Of a stretch of DNA of 64,000 bases, positions 1 through 13,400 are shown piece by piece. Made by a program: the position numbers and the translations under genes. The stretch's first letter is position 1. Every line of letters begins with the position of its first letter. The stretch is from Kudoa neothunni (Eukaryota; Animalia; Cnidaria): positions 15,117,650 to 15,181,649 of the forward strand of contig OZ199838.1 of the NCBI GenBank assembly GCA_964304625.1, written 5' to 3'. The notes under the pieces were generated by a model. The model was not told where the DNA came from and did not search any database. It saw only the letters and a program-made list of their open reading frames with translations.

Positions 1-199
1 TCAATTTTATCATTATACATTCATTATAATTAGGTATTTTTAAACGTTAGCGTAATTATTAAACATTTGAAATATACCTTTGCGTTATTGTATCATAAAT
101 TTTTTATATTTATTACACAATTTCCTTGTGTTATAATTAATTCTGTAAAAAAACTATAAAAAAGTTATTCAGTAGGTTTTTTGATAGAAACTAAAAATT

Positions 200-937
200 C
201 CCAAACAAAATTTCTTAATGATGCAGATTATACAATTAGAATGACTATTCCTTTTATAACAGCTTATTGTTGAGAAACTAGATTTCCACGTTGGTTACCA
301 TAAAAACTAAGTCACGAAATTGCTCATATGTGTGTTGCTTTTTCGAATATTTTGTCAGAATTCTGTGAACTTATTGATAAAAATCAACCACCAAAATCCC
401 ATTAAATATTTTTTAATATCTATTACTTATAAAAAAAGTAGGACTTTTGCAGTAACCCTTAATCGATACCCATAACAGAGGCCATTAAAGTACGGTCCGC
501 AGTGTTCCCCTTAAAACTCAAATTTGCATGTGATAAGTCCTAATTTCAGGTACGCCTGTGGAATTAATAGGGCGACCTGGAACCAATGTCAGGTTTGGTT
601 TATGCTAACAAAAAATTATCATTTTATGCAAAATACACAAATAAATCGATATATCTATATTAAATAAATGAAAAACTATGTTTATAGGAATGTTTTATTT
701 CTTGTTGTACCCTAACGCCACAGGCCTGATTTATTTGGTACCTCACAAGAAAAAACCCTTATCTTACATCGATCAATTCTATGTTTCACGCTCAAAAAAA
801 TCCATAATTTTGTTATATTTATATAATTTTCGTTTCATTTTTATAATTGTTTGGTTTCCGCCAAAATTTTTCATCCAGATTCGAAGCTTAGGAAAATCAA
901 AAATACGTCCCGCTAGTCCAAAACTTTGGTGACCCTT
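200..937 (+). mobile_element. hAT (Charlie/Buster-type) transposon 3' remnant
   Basis: Frameshifted translation of ~240-405 gives IPFITAYC*ETRF / STLVTIKTKSRNC / HMCVAFSNILSEFCELIDKNQPPKSH*, matching the Charlie C-terminal dimerisation region (PFxTTYLCExGFSxLxxIKTKxRN...SH). A hAT-like end aaaactttggtgacccttg lies at ~920-938. Confidence 0.6.
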
Positions 938-1270
938 GATACAAAATGATATTTACGCATGCGCAGCCGTCATTGTTATTAACAATTGGTTAATCTCTAA
1001 AACTCTCATTTATAACACATAACCATTTCAATCCTATAATGTATTATATTTAAAAATATAATAAGCGATAACTTTATATGATGAAATAATAATAATAATT
1101 TATTGTTATCAATAAAAATTCCAAATTTATTGTTTATTCTTGTATAAATTTTACAATTATCGTTAAAAATTTGATAAAAAAATGTAATTATCATAATATA
1201 TGGATTTTATTAATTTTCAACTAGATACTATGAATAATAAACATGCAGGGCATGCGCGAGCGTATAAACA

Positions 1271-2151
1271 ATGTCAGGGGCCAGACGCTCCTTTGGATTT
1301 GGAGGATTTCGTTTTGATAGCTATGGTGGGCCAAAGTCAGAATCTAGAATGAGAGCCATTAAACCAGACGATCAAGATACATCTGGGGTATTTAATTGTG
1401 ATTAAGATAGAACTATAATTTTTGGATTTAGCCACCAGTTGCTACTTGCTATCCAACATTGAACCTTTTAGGTGAATCATCTATCGGCGAGAATCTTTCG
1501 CTTCTTCAATCCTATGCCATTAAATATAATCCCACGATAGTTATTGGTATGAGATAAACACAAATAGTTATATAAATATGAAATTAATTGATATTCGAAT
1601 TAGACAAACGTATTTTGCCGTTTGAGCTTAAGAAATATAGCAATTTTAAGGGTGAATAATTTTTATAAAATTTGTTGTACTGATTCTATTGATCGGTTAG
1701 TCTCCAAATTCAAACCTAATATTTATTCGGCTAAGGACCGTCGTCCCCCTAAATTCTCATCGAAGAAATCTCTTTTAGCTGATGAAGATAATAAATTGGT
1801 ATGCCGTGTTTAATCTCCTCGGCCATTTTATACATAAAACACTCATTAAATCACAGGATCTTAACGAGGTTGATGTGGGCGAAGGGAATGACCCAATAAA
1901 ACCGAACAATGCTGATGAAGAAAATGCTAATAATAGTACTGAATCATCAGAAGTTGAAGAAGAGGATTTTTATGAAAATAACGAAGCCGAAGAAGAAGTT
2001 GTATAATTTTGTTTGATTGGTCAACCTTTATTTAATCTGTTATTTCCAGGAGAATGATTATAACTTTAATTACTATGACGATATTGAACTTGGAGATGAT
2101 ATCTCGAACAACGATTACAATGTAGATGATGGGAATACGATGAATTTTTAG
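1271..2151 (+). CDS. POLR3G: RNA polymerase III subunit RPC7/C31 (POLR3G-like), ~6 exons
   Basis: ATG at 1271 (MSGARRSFGFGGFRFD). Splicing ~45-60 nt GT-AG introns gives DKRILPFEL (cf. DWRRLPREM) and an acidic tail ending EEE-ENDYNFNYYDDIELGDD...MNF*, like the RPC7 C-terminus (EEENDYINSYFEDGDD). Confidence 0.7.
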
Positions 2152-2174
2152 TTGATTAGAATTTCGTTTTATTG

Positions 2175-2185
2175 TGCGCATGCGT
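2175..2185. promoter_or_regulatory. NRF1-like GCGCATGCG palindrome upstream of COPE
   Basis: tgcgcatgcgt 21 bp before the ATG. Related motifs precede POLR3G (1250) and UTP25 (39267). Confidence 0.5.
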
Positions 2186-2206
2186 GTGACGGATAGTTTA
2201 TTAGCG

Positions 2207-3117
2207 ATGAGTGGTGGTGATGAGCTGTTGTATACTGTTAAAAATAATTTTTACGTAAACAACTATACTGGTTGTGTCGATTTGGAAGATAGTATTAAAA
2301 CAGTTGTTGATAAGAATATACACATTTCCTGTCTATTTTATCTGTATCGGTCGTACATAGCGTTGGGGAGATATGAGGAAGTTTTGAGTGTGTATGCCAA
2401 TGGTAGCAACTATAAAAATGATCCTGTTGTTAACGCTGTATGTCTTATGGCCAAATACATGGCCAAATGTGAGGCGCATACCCAAAAATCTATTATTGAA
2501 GAATTGCAACATTTGAATAGCAATTATCCGGATGAGGAGCGAATAAAAATTGTTTTGTCTAATGTTTACATGGTTGAGAACAATTTGGAAGCCGCCTACA
2601 ATATTCTACAAGATTCATCAGACCTTGAAGTTCATCATATTCGCGTTTGCCTGTTGTTATCTATTAATCGATATGACGTTGCTGAAAAGAGTGTACAATC
2701 GATGAGGATGGTGAACGACTACTCACCATTAACACAGATCACGAAATGTTTCTATTATCTGAATAGTGGAACCAATCTTCAAGACGTTATCAGTTTTACC
2801 CAGGATATACTTTCCAAATATACCCCCAGTGTGGCAGTGTTGAATTTGAAAGTATATTTTTGGGTTGATTTTTGGTTGATAAAAGTGTTTAGGCTTGTGC
2901 ACACATTCACCTTAACCAACTTGATCAGGCTGAAGTTTGTTTGAAGAAGGCTCTTAATTTGGAACCACACAACGAAAATCTACTTTCCAATTGGTGCGTT
3001 TTGTGTCGAAAATTGAATAAACCTACGAGCGTTATTGATGCAGTCGCCGAAAAATGCACATATATACAAGAGAACATGGATATGTTGTCCAATTTGTTTG
3101 ATGCTTCTATCAGCTGA
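2207..3117 (+). CDS. COPE: Coatomer subunit epsilon, 2 exons (intron 2852-2892)
   Basis: MSGGDELLYTVKNNFY, YLYRSYIALG, LLSINRYDVAEK and DYSPLTQI match epsilon-COP TPR motifs. Exon 2 reads ACAHIHLNQLDQAEVCLKKAL...FDASIS*. Confidence 0.92.
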
Positions 3118-3328
3118 TCAAATTTTTTATTTTTTAAATTACAGTTATTTTGTTGATTTACTCCAAGTGTGTTTTGTATTTTTCTGTTCCGCCATGGAAA
3201 TTATATTTTGAATGGGAAGGTTCGTTAACTTACAATTGACTAAGAGAAGTTGTCGAATGAGTTTTTAAGTGATAGAAAAATTTCCTGTCCCGCTATGTAG
3301 ATCAATACATTTAAACCTTGATGATTAA

Positions 3329-4648
3329 CCGTCCCCTTTACATTTGGTGTATAAAAGACATTAAGTATTTAGTCCGAATTTTCCAAAATAATAAAGAAAA
3401 TTTTTTGATAACCCATGAAAAAATTTCTTTCAAAGAAATATTTTTTTAATATACGAATATCACATCTTATATCTGAACGTGCTTGCGTCATTATTGGTTG
3501 GGGATGGGGAAAATTCGAATGATTTGGTTCGTGATTATTATGATAGCGACTTTTCAAATTCTTTTCTTCTTTGAATGATAATATATGATTACATACTTTT
3601 GATCATAACATAAATCTACAATTTAACTCGTTAATGGAGAAGAACGGAACGTTGTGGTCGATAGACAGGCTGTTGGCATCTTGAACATATGCTGCAAACA
3701 TTCTAAATAGTCGTCCAGGTGTTTTCCAGTTTTTATCAAAAAATTTAAAGAGGTATTTGATACTTTATAGTATTATTTAATTCAGATATATTCGAAAAAC
3801 ATATCAATATAAGAAGAGAAAATTTTTGGTGGTACATGAATGCAAATGTAAGGGTTCATTGACTGTTTATTATTGATTTGAATTCACAACGATAATCAAG
3901 AACCAGTTAAAGGATTATGTTGGCTAGAAAAAGAGAGAAAGATATAGCATGATTTATTCGCATTATATAGATTTCGTTAAGTATTGTGAGATCTGTATAT
4001 TTCCATTTAGGCAAATTAAGATGATGAGAAAAAAATCTGACAAATTTTGCTGTGTTTGTGAACTATAGAAAACTAGGGTTGACCTAATTGCTCCTAGTTC
4101 TCGCTCTAATGAATATTTGTAGCGACGAGCAACTCGCTTAGCTTAGAGGTCGTCTCATATTCAAACAGTACGTGCCTATGAAACCAGATAGGTATAGCAC
4201 CAATTTTTGTACCTCTGTGAAAATGACGGACGGATTGTTGACAAAAAATGATTATTGTTGAAACTATGCGTTCATACAGAATAAAGATTATGTCAAATCT
4301 ACGACCATTGAAAACTATTCCCTCTAATTCATCTTTGTTTTTATTTAACAACATTTTAATTTAATGTTGTTGATATTTGTTACCATGAGAAATAAACCTG
4401 TTACATACTTTGTTCTGCATTTAATAACTTCGAACAGCATCGGTAGAAACTTTAAAAACTGATATTATAATGCATTATGATGCATTAAAAAGGCGTGTTG
4501 ATACCATTTCGAGATTGTTAGAGTTAATGAGTTTTCGAAGAATTAACTTAAGTTGGTCCCACACAATACTCTTCGTAATGATTAATGTAAAGTTAATCAA
4601 ATTGGATGATATTTTCAAACAAAAATTCCACCAAACTCTTATAATAAA
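3329..4648 (+). mobile_element. Degenerate piggyBac-type transposon, interrupted at the 3' side by a Helitron
   Basis: TTAA-ccgtcc end at ~3325. EKNGTLWS at ~3640 is shared with the piggyBac relics at 29.4 kb and 52.7 kb. ORF 4470-4652 MHYDALKRRVDTISRLLELMSFRRINLSW resembles the PGBD YN-xx-KGGVD..RR..RW motif. Many stops and frameshifts. Confidence 0.75.
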
Positions 4649-5483
4649 CTAGCACGAACTGCCCAGCGTTGCTTGGGGAAGATTTCGCCTAGAGGCATTT
4701 TTTAATAGCATTGAAAAAATATATTGAAATCTCTAATTAACCCATAGAAACAAAATAACTAAAAATTTTTAAGCAACTTACTATAATGATTTGGATATGC
4801 AATTTAAATTATGATAATTTCTGTGAAGGAAAGTATCCATCCCAGCGTCCATTTAAAAATTTCGTGGCTCGGCATCAACGCTAAACAAGTTAAGGTCAGC
4901 TTTGTATTTTTTTTCATTCCGAATTATTTAAATCCCGTTAAAGTGTTATCTAAAACGTTATTTTTTTGCCCGGAAGATTTTTAAAGTCAAATTCTGGCCC
5001 AATTCAGTAACTGTGTGCACCACTACCTTTTTAAGAGATGAAAAAATAATAGAGATAGAAGAAAACTTATGAAAATTAATCGATATTGCTAAAATTAGCA
5101 TCGTTTAGTTCGGCATAAACATACATGCGCTTTTATCATAAACAGCCACAAATTGCGTCGATTTCGACATAAACAATTAAATAATTTGGTGAAATAAAAG
5201 TACAACCATTCGCATTGAATTTAATCACGTAAAGTAAAACTTAGCGGACGATTTAATAAAACCTATGAACGCAGTATTTCCGTTACAAAGCTTCAATCAA
5301 TGTAACTTTAACGTTCTTCACAAATTCGTTATTTATGAAACATATATAGACTTTTTTATCATATTGAAAACCATTAATAGAACTTATAAAATATACTTAT
5401 CAAGTCATATACGTTAAACTCCGCAAATAAGGAGTGTGTTTAAACAGACACCCGAATAGAAACGCCAACCTTATATATAAAGA
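4649..5483 (-). mobile_element. Non-autonomous Helitron
   Basis: On the minus strand it starts A|TCTTTATATATAA at 5483 and ends with hairpin CCCAAGC-AAC-GCTGGG followed by CTAG|T (4652-4649). It sits in an AT dinucleotide with no TSD. Confidence 0.75.
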
Positions 5484-5498
5484 TAGATAGATAGATAG
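5482..5498. repeat. (GATA)n microsatellite at the Helitron 5' end
   Basis: gatagatagatagatag. Confidence 0.8.
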
Positions 5499-6019
5499 AA
5501 GCAGTTAATGAACATATGATGGAGCATATAAGGGAGATAGTAAACTTCAACCGATCATAACCATGAAATAAACAAGTGCTAATCCTATCGTTGAACTCAT
5601 TTAATCCGAAAAACAAACTTTAAATCGACAAAATCACTATTTCATAAATATTTGTTGGAAACTTTAGTCGTCCAAAAACAATTAAACGACTTTTCTAAAT
5701 ATAAAAAATTTATAAAAATTTTATATGTCTCTATATAAGGAAAAAATTATCCGCATATGCGTACTTAGGGGCATACACACACAAACATACCGACAGTCCT
5801 CATTTGTACATATAAAGGATTAAAGCATTGGGCCCTCGGGTTTAATTGAAATCGTCCATTATGTTGAATTTTCAGTGAATAAATTCAGAGCGGGCAGTGT
5901 ATTTTTATTCCATCGTATTATTTAAAATAATTGGATTGATACTGACGCGATATGTACGTATTTTTGAGAAAAATCTCACTACAGTTTCTGCCGGACCAAG
6001 AGATAATAATTTGAGTAAT

Positions 6020-6455
6020 AAAAATCAATTTTCGTATATTTTCTTCTATCTCTATATCTTTTTTACCTCCCAAAAAATGTAGGGAAAACTTGTTGAGCCG
6101 GTCCAGAATCGGCTTGGCAACATCCCGTGGAAAACAAAAATTTTTGATAACACTTTAAGGTAATTTAAATAATTCGGGAATGCAAAAAAATATGGCGCGG
6201 ACTTTAAATTATTTAGTGTTGGCGGGGGCACGAAATTTTTAACTGAACGCCGGGATTAATACATTCCTACACAGAAATTATCATAATTTAATTTCGCTAA
6301 TCCAGATCGTTAAAGTGTTAAAGTATGATGCCTAAAAATTGTTTTTTATTTTGCTTCCATGAGTTGATTCAAAATTACAACATATTTTTTGAATGTTATT
6401 AAGAAACGTATTTGTGCGAAATCTTCCCCAAGCATCGCTGGGCAGAACGCGCTAG
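6020..6455 (+). mobile_element. Second Helitron copy (3' part), inverted relative to 4649-5080
   Basis: The reverse complement aligns with 4649-5080 over ~430 bp. It ends ccccaagcatcgctgggcagaacgcgCTAG|T. Confidence 0.75.
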
Positions 6456-6539
6456 TTTTGCATAAAACTTAATATATTTAATGGGAGATATTAACGAGTG
6501 CATAATAAGAAACGTAGAAACAAATAATGATACCAATAT

Positions 6540-7019
6540 GTTTAATAAAAGTCAGGTTCCCTTACTTTTTTTCGATAATAGATGTAAAGCTACTCTCTAA
6601 TAATTTGCTGGATTTAATGTGTTCCTGAATTAGTTTTCTAAATACTATAGATAGGAAAATCCAAATTCACATAACAAAATATTAGAAAACGCAACTATGA
6701 CATCAATGCGTTTTTGGAGAGAGCTGTACAATAATTTCTCGCACTCCATCAAAATTTTTTCGTTGAAGTTGAATCGAAAAGTAGTTTCATTTCATTGCTC
6801 GCCTTCAATTCGATCAGGCATTCTTTATGCACATTCTCGTCTAGCATTTTTTCTAATTTAAGAGTAAAAAGATTGAACTATGAGAAATAATGATGTATTC
6901 ATTGTTTATACGATTTACTTATCGAAAATCGACAATTCATTTTCTAAAATTATTTACAATTGTGATCTAATCTCAACACCCCAAACCCACAGTTCGCACC
7001 TTAAATTAGGGAAGCGCTG
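6540..7019 (-). mobile_element. hAT (Charlie/Buster) deletion derivative
   Basis: Minus-strand fragments KECLIELKASNEMKLLF and AFSNILLCEFGFSYL match the Charlie C-terminus. A TIR-like cagcgcttccctaa starts at 7019 on the minus strand. Confidence 0.55.
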
Positions 7020-7383
7020 ATATAGAAGGATGGTCCAAATTAATATAATAATGACAATTATAAAGTTATATGGATTATACCTTGTTGATAATGATTAATG
7101 TGCTTCTAATTGAAGACAACAAATAGTATTTATTCGAATTAATAAATTATAAGCTTAAGATATCCCATGGTACATACTGTGTAAATATTCGTAGCTGATT
7201 AAACGAGTAAAGTAGGATTAGAAGTAACCACAATTTTACGCTGCGTATAAAGAAATAACATAATCGAAGATAAATGTATTGATATGTACGTCTAGGATTA
7301 GTTGGTAAGCTTTAATTGTCATGAAAATAATGAGAATGGTGGTTTCGTATATTATCATGTGTCACGCACGAACAAGTGATGTT

Positions 7384-8622
<1,239 letters not shown>

Positions 8623-10435
8623 TTCGACGGATTAAACTAAATACCGTATTAGGATGACATGGATAATTTGATAGATTTAACTTCGTAATTGTACGATATA
8701 ATTTCAAAATCCCATAAAAGACGTTATACCGGTTGACTAGTTATTACTTATAAACCTCTTTTGTGTGCGCGAATATTATATAGAAATTATACCATCGAAT
8801 TCAAACCATTAAAGTCTATCAACGCATAATTGATCATTAAAACGTGAAAACATTATTATTCTTTCTATCACTTATATACATATAGAATGAATTATACAAA
8901 AAATGATAGCACTGAATGTATTTATGCTTCTTCAATATCCTTAGTACATAGATTATACTTCATATATTGAGGTGATGAATAATTATTTAGAGGCCCATCA
9001 CTTGTTGAATGAATAAATATCCAAATGTGCAATATGAGCATCTCATTTATTCTTTTAAATGCTTACCATATGGGACCAATATTCCGTAATCGACGTCACA
9101 AGCATTAGACATTAAAATGTATTAAAACATGATCAATAGCAATTATTAATAATTTATTTGCTCTCTATTGAATCAGAGTGTTTTAAACCTTAAAAAGGTA
9201 TTTTAAATGTTTTATAGACAATTTCTAATCAATTAGTTATTTTATTTATTTATTTATTTTTGATGTATCTTAAGAATGTTTTGAGCAAGCCTAATTGCAG
9301 TCAAAGACATAAATCTGCTTTAACCAACTTAACCTGTAACAGAAAAACGAATTATTAATACGTGAGATATTTGGTTTAAAGGTATAATTTATCAAGCTTA
9401 AGTAATTTTAGTATAAATAACATTTAACTCACGATATATAACATGCATTCCTGCTACTAGTAATGAAAAATGAGGGATCACGTGAGGTCATGTTATTTGT
9501 AAATATTGGAGATTCGCACGTAATCACTATTTACCATAGTTATAAATAAGTTTGAAACTTGAGTATTAGGTTCGTTAATTTGGATAATATTTTATTTTAA
9601 AATAATTACAAGAGAATGAATGTGATTTTTAAAGTTATTGAACCTTTCCAGTACCAGGCGGGGTATATTAGGTACCCCAAATAAGATAAGATAATTTCTT
9701 CTTAATTCCCTTTTAACTTTTAACAAGAAGTATAGCTTCAAATTTTTAATCGGTCCGATGGTTTCATTCATAAAAATCATTATTTTGTCTACAAAATATT
9801 CATTTATATTTTTTTGAATATTCAAATCAAATTTATCTTAATAATTTTAATTTAGGCTAGATATTTTTAAATTTAAATTATGAGATAAGGATTAACGAAG
9901 ATTGATACATAACAATCGTGGTCTGGTGAATATTCTTTCGTTGTAGAGTTGAGAGTTTCAATGTATTTTATGTTTAAACTTAATTTAATCATTTAATGGG
10001 GGTTGAGAGAATTTAATGAATAACATGGAGTAGAAGCCTGATTTTAAGATTAAGGCGTTGCCGTAACCTGAAGATGATCTCGTATGTCGTTGTTAACCGA
10101 ATATTTTGATAATACAATGTTTCAACATCAAATTGCAATCGACATTCGCGCTAAAAAAAGATGTATAACCATTGTTCAAGCGAATCAGAGTTTACAACTT
10201 CAACAATTATAGTTCCACCGAGAAAACAATATTCAAAAATTGATGCCACCACAAGAGCGGCTATTTTTATAAAAATTATACTCATATTTATTTCATTGAC
10301 ATCTAGCTTGATAATCAAGTTTTATGTTGCGCGAGTGCTAAAATAAACGTCTAATTGTTTTAAAATAGTCGTCGAAAATTACGATCTCTACTTATAATTT
10401 GTTCACTCTACAACATAAATTATCCTTTTCGTTTC

Positions 10436-10454
10436 ATATATATATATATATATA
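10436..10454. repeat. (TA)n microsatellite
   Basis: Perfect TA run. Confidence 0.9.
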
Positions 10455-10489
10455 GAAATCAATAGATGTTAAGTTCTAGGTATCTTTAA

Positions 10490-13400
10490 CCCATTCCGGG
10501 TTTTCGGTCCCTCATTGTTGTCTCTCTAGGAATTTTAATAATTCGTCATTGAGTATTACATTATATCATGTATTAATTCATTTTAAATTTATATAAACAT
10601 TAAATTTCAATTATGAATTTACATCTTTTGAGATTATGTCCTATATAATAATTATGGTATATTGAGACAGTAATAGAACAGTAATTTCGTAGAAATAACA
10701 AATTTTAAATTCTCAAGCTAAATTATAATTTTAGAAATTTAGCTAAATAATATATTTTCAAAATAGTTCAAACTGTTGCAGGGGTCAAGAAATATAAGCA
10801 ATATAGTACAGTGCCGAAAATTGAACGAAAACGTAATTGATTCTGATAATGATGATGAAAAAAAATGTTGATATTTTAAACACAATTGAGTTTTAGACGT
10901 TATCTTGAGGCTTAGGATAATATTGGTATTTTGACTGATGAAAAAGACCCCTTTTTTTCAAGAGATTTTGACAACATTGGCTTACATTAAAAATGAGCCA
11001 TTAATGTTAATTATCGTGCCACATAGTGCAAAATATCCTAATCTAAAAATCTATTTGTAATTGCCACTGATTGCCGAACAGTTACTCAAAATAACTGTGA
11101 CATTATGTATGATGGCTCAACAAGTAAATATGAGTGTTATGAAGTATTTTAAAAAAAAATCGATAATAAACTTGTTTTAAATATTGTTAAAGAAACAACA
11201 TTTATGTCTATAAATAATTAAACTTTTTACTTAACTATAAAAGAATTTAAATCTTTTATTGGTATTTTACTCTTATCCAGATACAATCGACTGTCTCGGC
11301 AACATTTGTATGGAGAAACTTCGATGGATTCTGTGGTTGAAATTGTAAAAAAATCCACGAATTGTAAAATATTCTAATTGATAATGTGGTACATTTTCTT
11401 TAATAATAATCTAAAGCTTGATAAGGATGGTAAGTTGTTCAAGACATGATCAATAATTAATAGATTGACTAAAATCTCGATCAATCTAGATATTCTCACA
11501 ATATCTTATCCGCTGATGAACAGATGCTCCCATATATTGGTGATCATTCGTGAAAAATGTATACGGGGGGAAAGACCGATCGTTTCGGGTTTAAACATGA
11601 GGTTTAACTTATTCAAATGGGGATATTTATATTTCCTTTGTTTATACAGATAAGGCAGAAATATACGTCAAGAATTTTGGCCAAGGTGAAAGTGTTATGA
11701 TAAATTTTGTCGACGAGCCAAAAGATAGAGGTATGTCATGCCTACTTTGACCATTTTTTCAACTCATGAAAATTATTGGTTGAATTGAACACAAATGTTA
11801 ATGCTACCCGATCAGTAAGAATAAACCTAACGTCGAGCTATCCAATGACAATTCCAAAATTAATGAGGAAAAACTACCAAGGCTACTATGAATATTTCTT
11901 AGATCACAGAATTGAAGTTAATTGTATTTAACGGAATGGTACGAAGCCTGTTACTTTTCTTAGCATTTCACTTATCGTTTAACCAATTCTACATGTGACA
12001 CGTTATTGTAAGGCAAAAAAGCGCAATGAGTCGATTGAACAGCCCCAAATTTCATATGTACAACATGGATATGGATGGTGTTGATAACGCAAAGATTTTG
12101 CCTCTTGTTACAGAATAAGAAATCGCTCTAAAAATGGTATTGACCTCATTTTACCGGAAGGATATTGCTGACATCAGTTAATTCTTGAGAAATGCTTATT
12201 TTTTAAAAGAACAGCAATCTATCAAATCATATTGGATAAATTGTATCCAATTTGATAGTACAAACTATTCTTAAAATAAATTCGACGATCATCCATCACA
12301 AATATTCATGCTGTGTCATTATGTAGTATTATGTAGTCGACGTATGATGAGTACTAGTGCTGAGAAGTGGAGACGAAGATGCATTGTACGCAAAAAGAAG
12401 ACTATCTACATTTGTCAAAGTTTCCAAAATTATATTCAAGTTTAAAGTTTGACAAATTTTCATAATCAACAGTAGTTTTCACCCTAAGCGATATAAAACC
12501 GTGTATTTTTTATGTAGTCTGTGAAACAACGTTTGATTATAAAATCGCTTGTCGGTGAGTTTTCAGTCCTCTTCCGGCCCCTTGATAATTCTTACATTTT
12601 CCTATGAAAATATAATTTTTAACCTATTTTTTAAATTTTTTGAAAATTCGAGTATTGGGCCCAGAGGTAATTGTGGAGCGTGTGGCTCCTCCATTTTTAG
12701 ATTTTTTGACTTTTTCGTCGAAAGTGGTTCTAAAAAATCTTATATGATCTTTTCATCTAGAGTGTACCAAAAGTTTTTCCAAATTTTTAAAAATAAGTTT
12801 TTTTTCTAATCTCGTATATGATGGTAAAGTCAACAACATAATCCTCATGTTAAACATTGGTTTCTATATTTCACCATGAAAGAATATGAGTGTGATTATA
12901 ATTTATGCATTTAAATGTTTATTTTATTTTTTCATTTTATTATAATGAATACAAATTTACAATAAATTATTATAAACGGTTGTTGTTCAGATATGTAGAA
13001 TATTGAAATGTTCTCCACACTCACAACAATTTCTCATTTAACTTTTAGCTTAATTAAAAAAAACAACTACCATTATTATAAATCTTTCCATTTAAAACGC
13101 TCTACCGTTTAAGGCAATTACTCAATGTTATTTGGTAAATTGCCTTCTAATCTTGACTCTAAGAAATGATTATTAACTGGGAAATGTATGAGAAAATAAT
13201 TTAATAATTCTTAAGAATGTTTAAAAATGAAAAAAATCTTCAGAAATGAATTTTCTTTGATGGATAATAACTCATGAAAAATAAACATAATTACACGATA
13301 TTTTTGTATAATTTTTTTATTGTTTGATCAGTTGTTAACATCGAATTATTTTTCATGATCTAAATATAGTATATTTAAATTTAGATTAGTATTTTATTTA

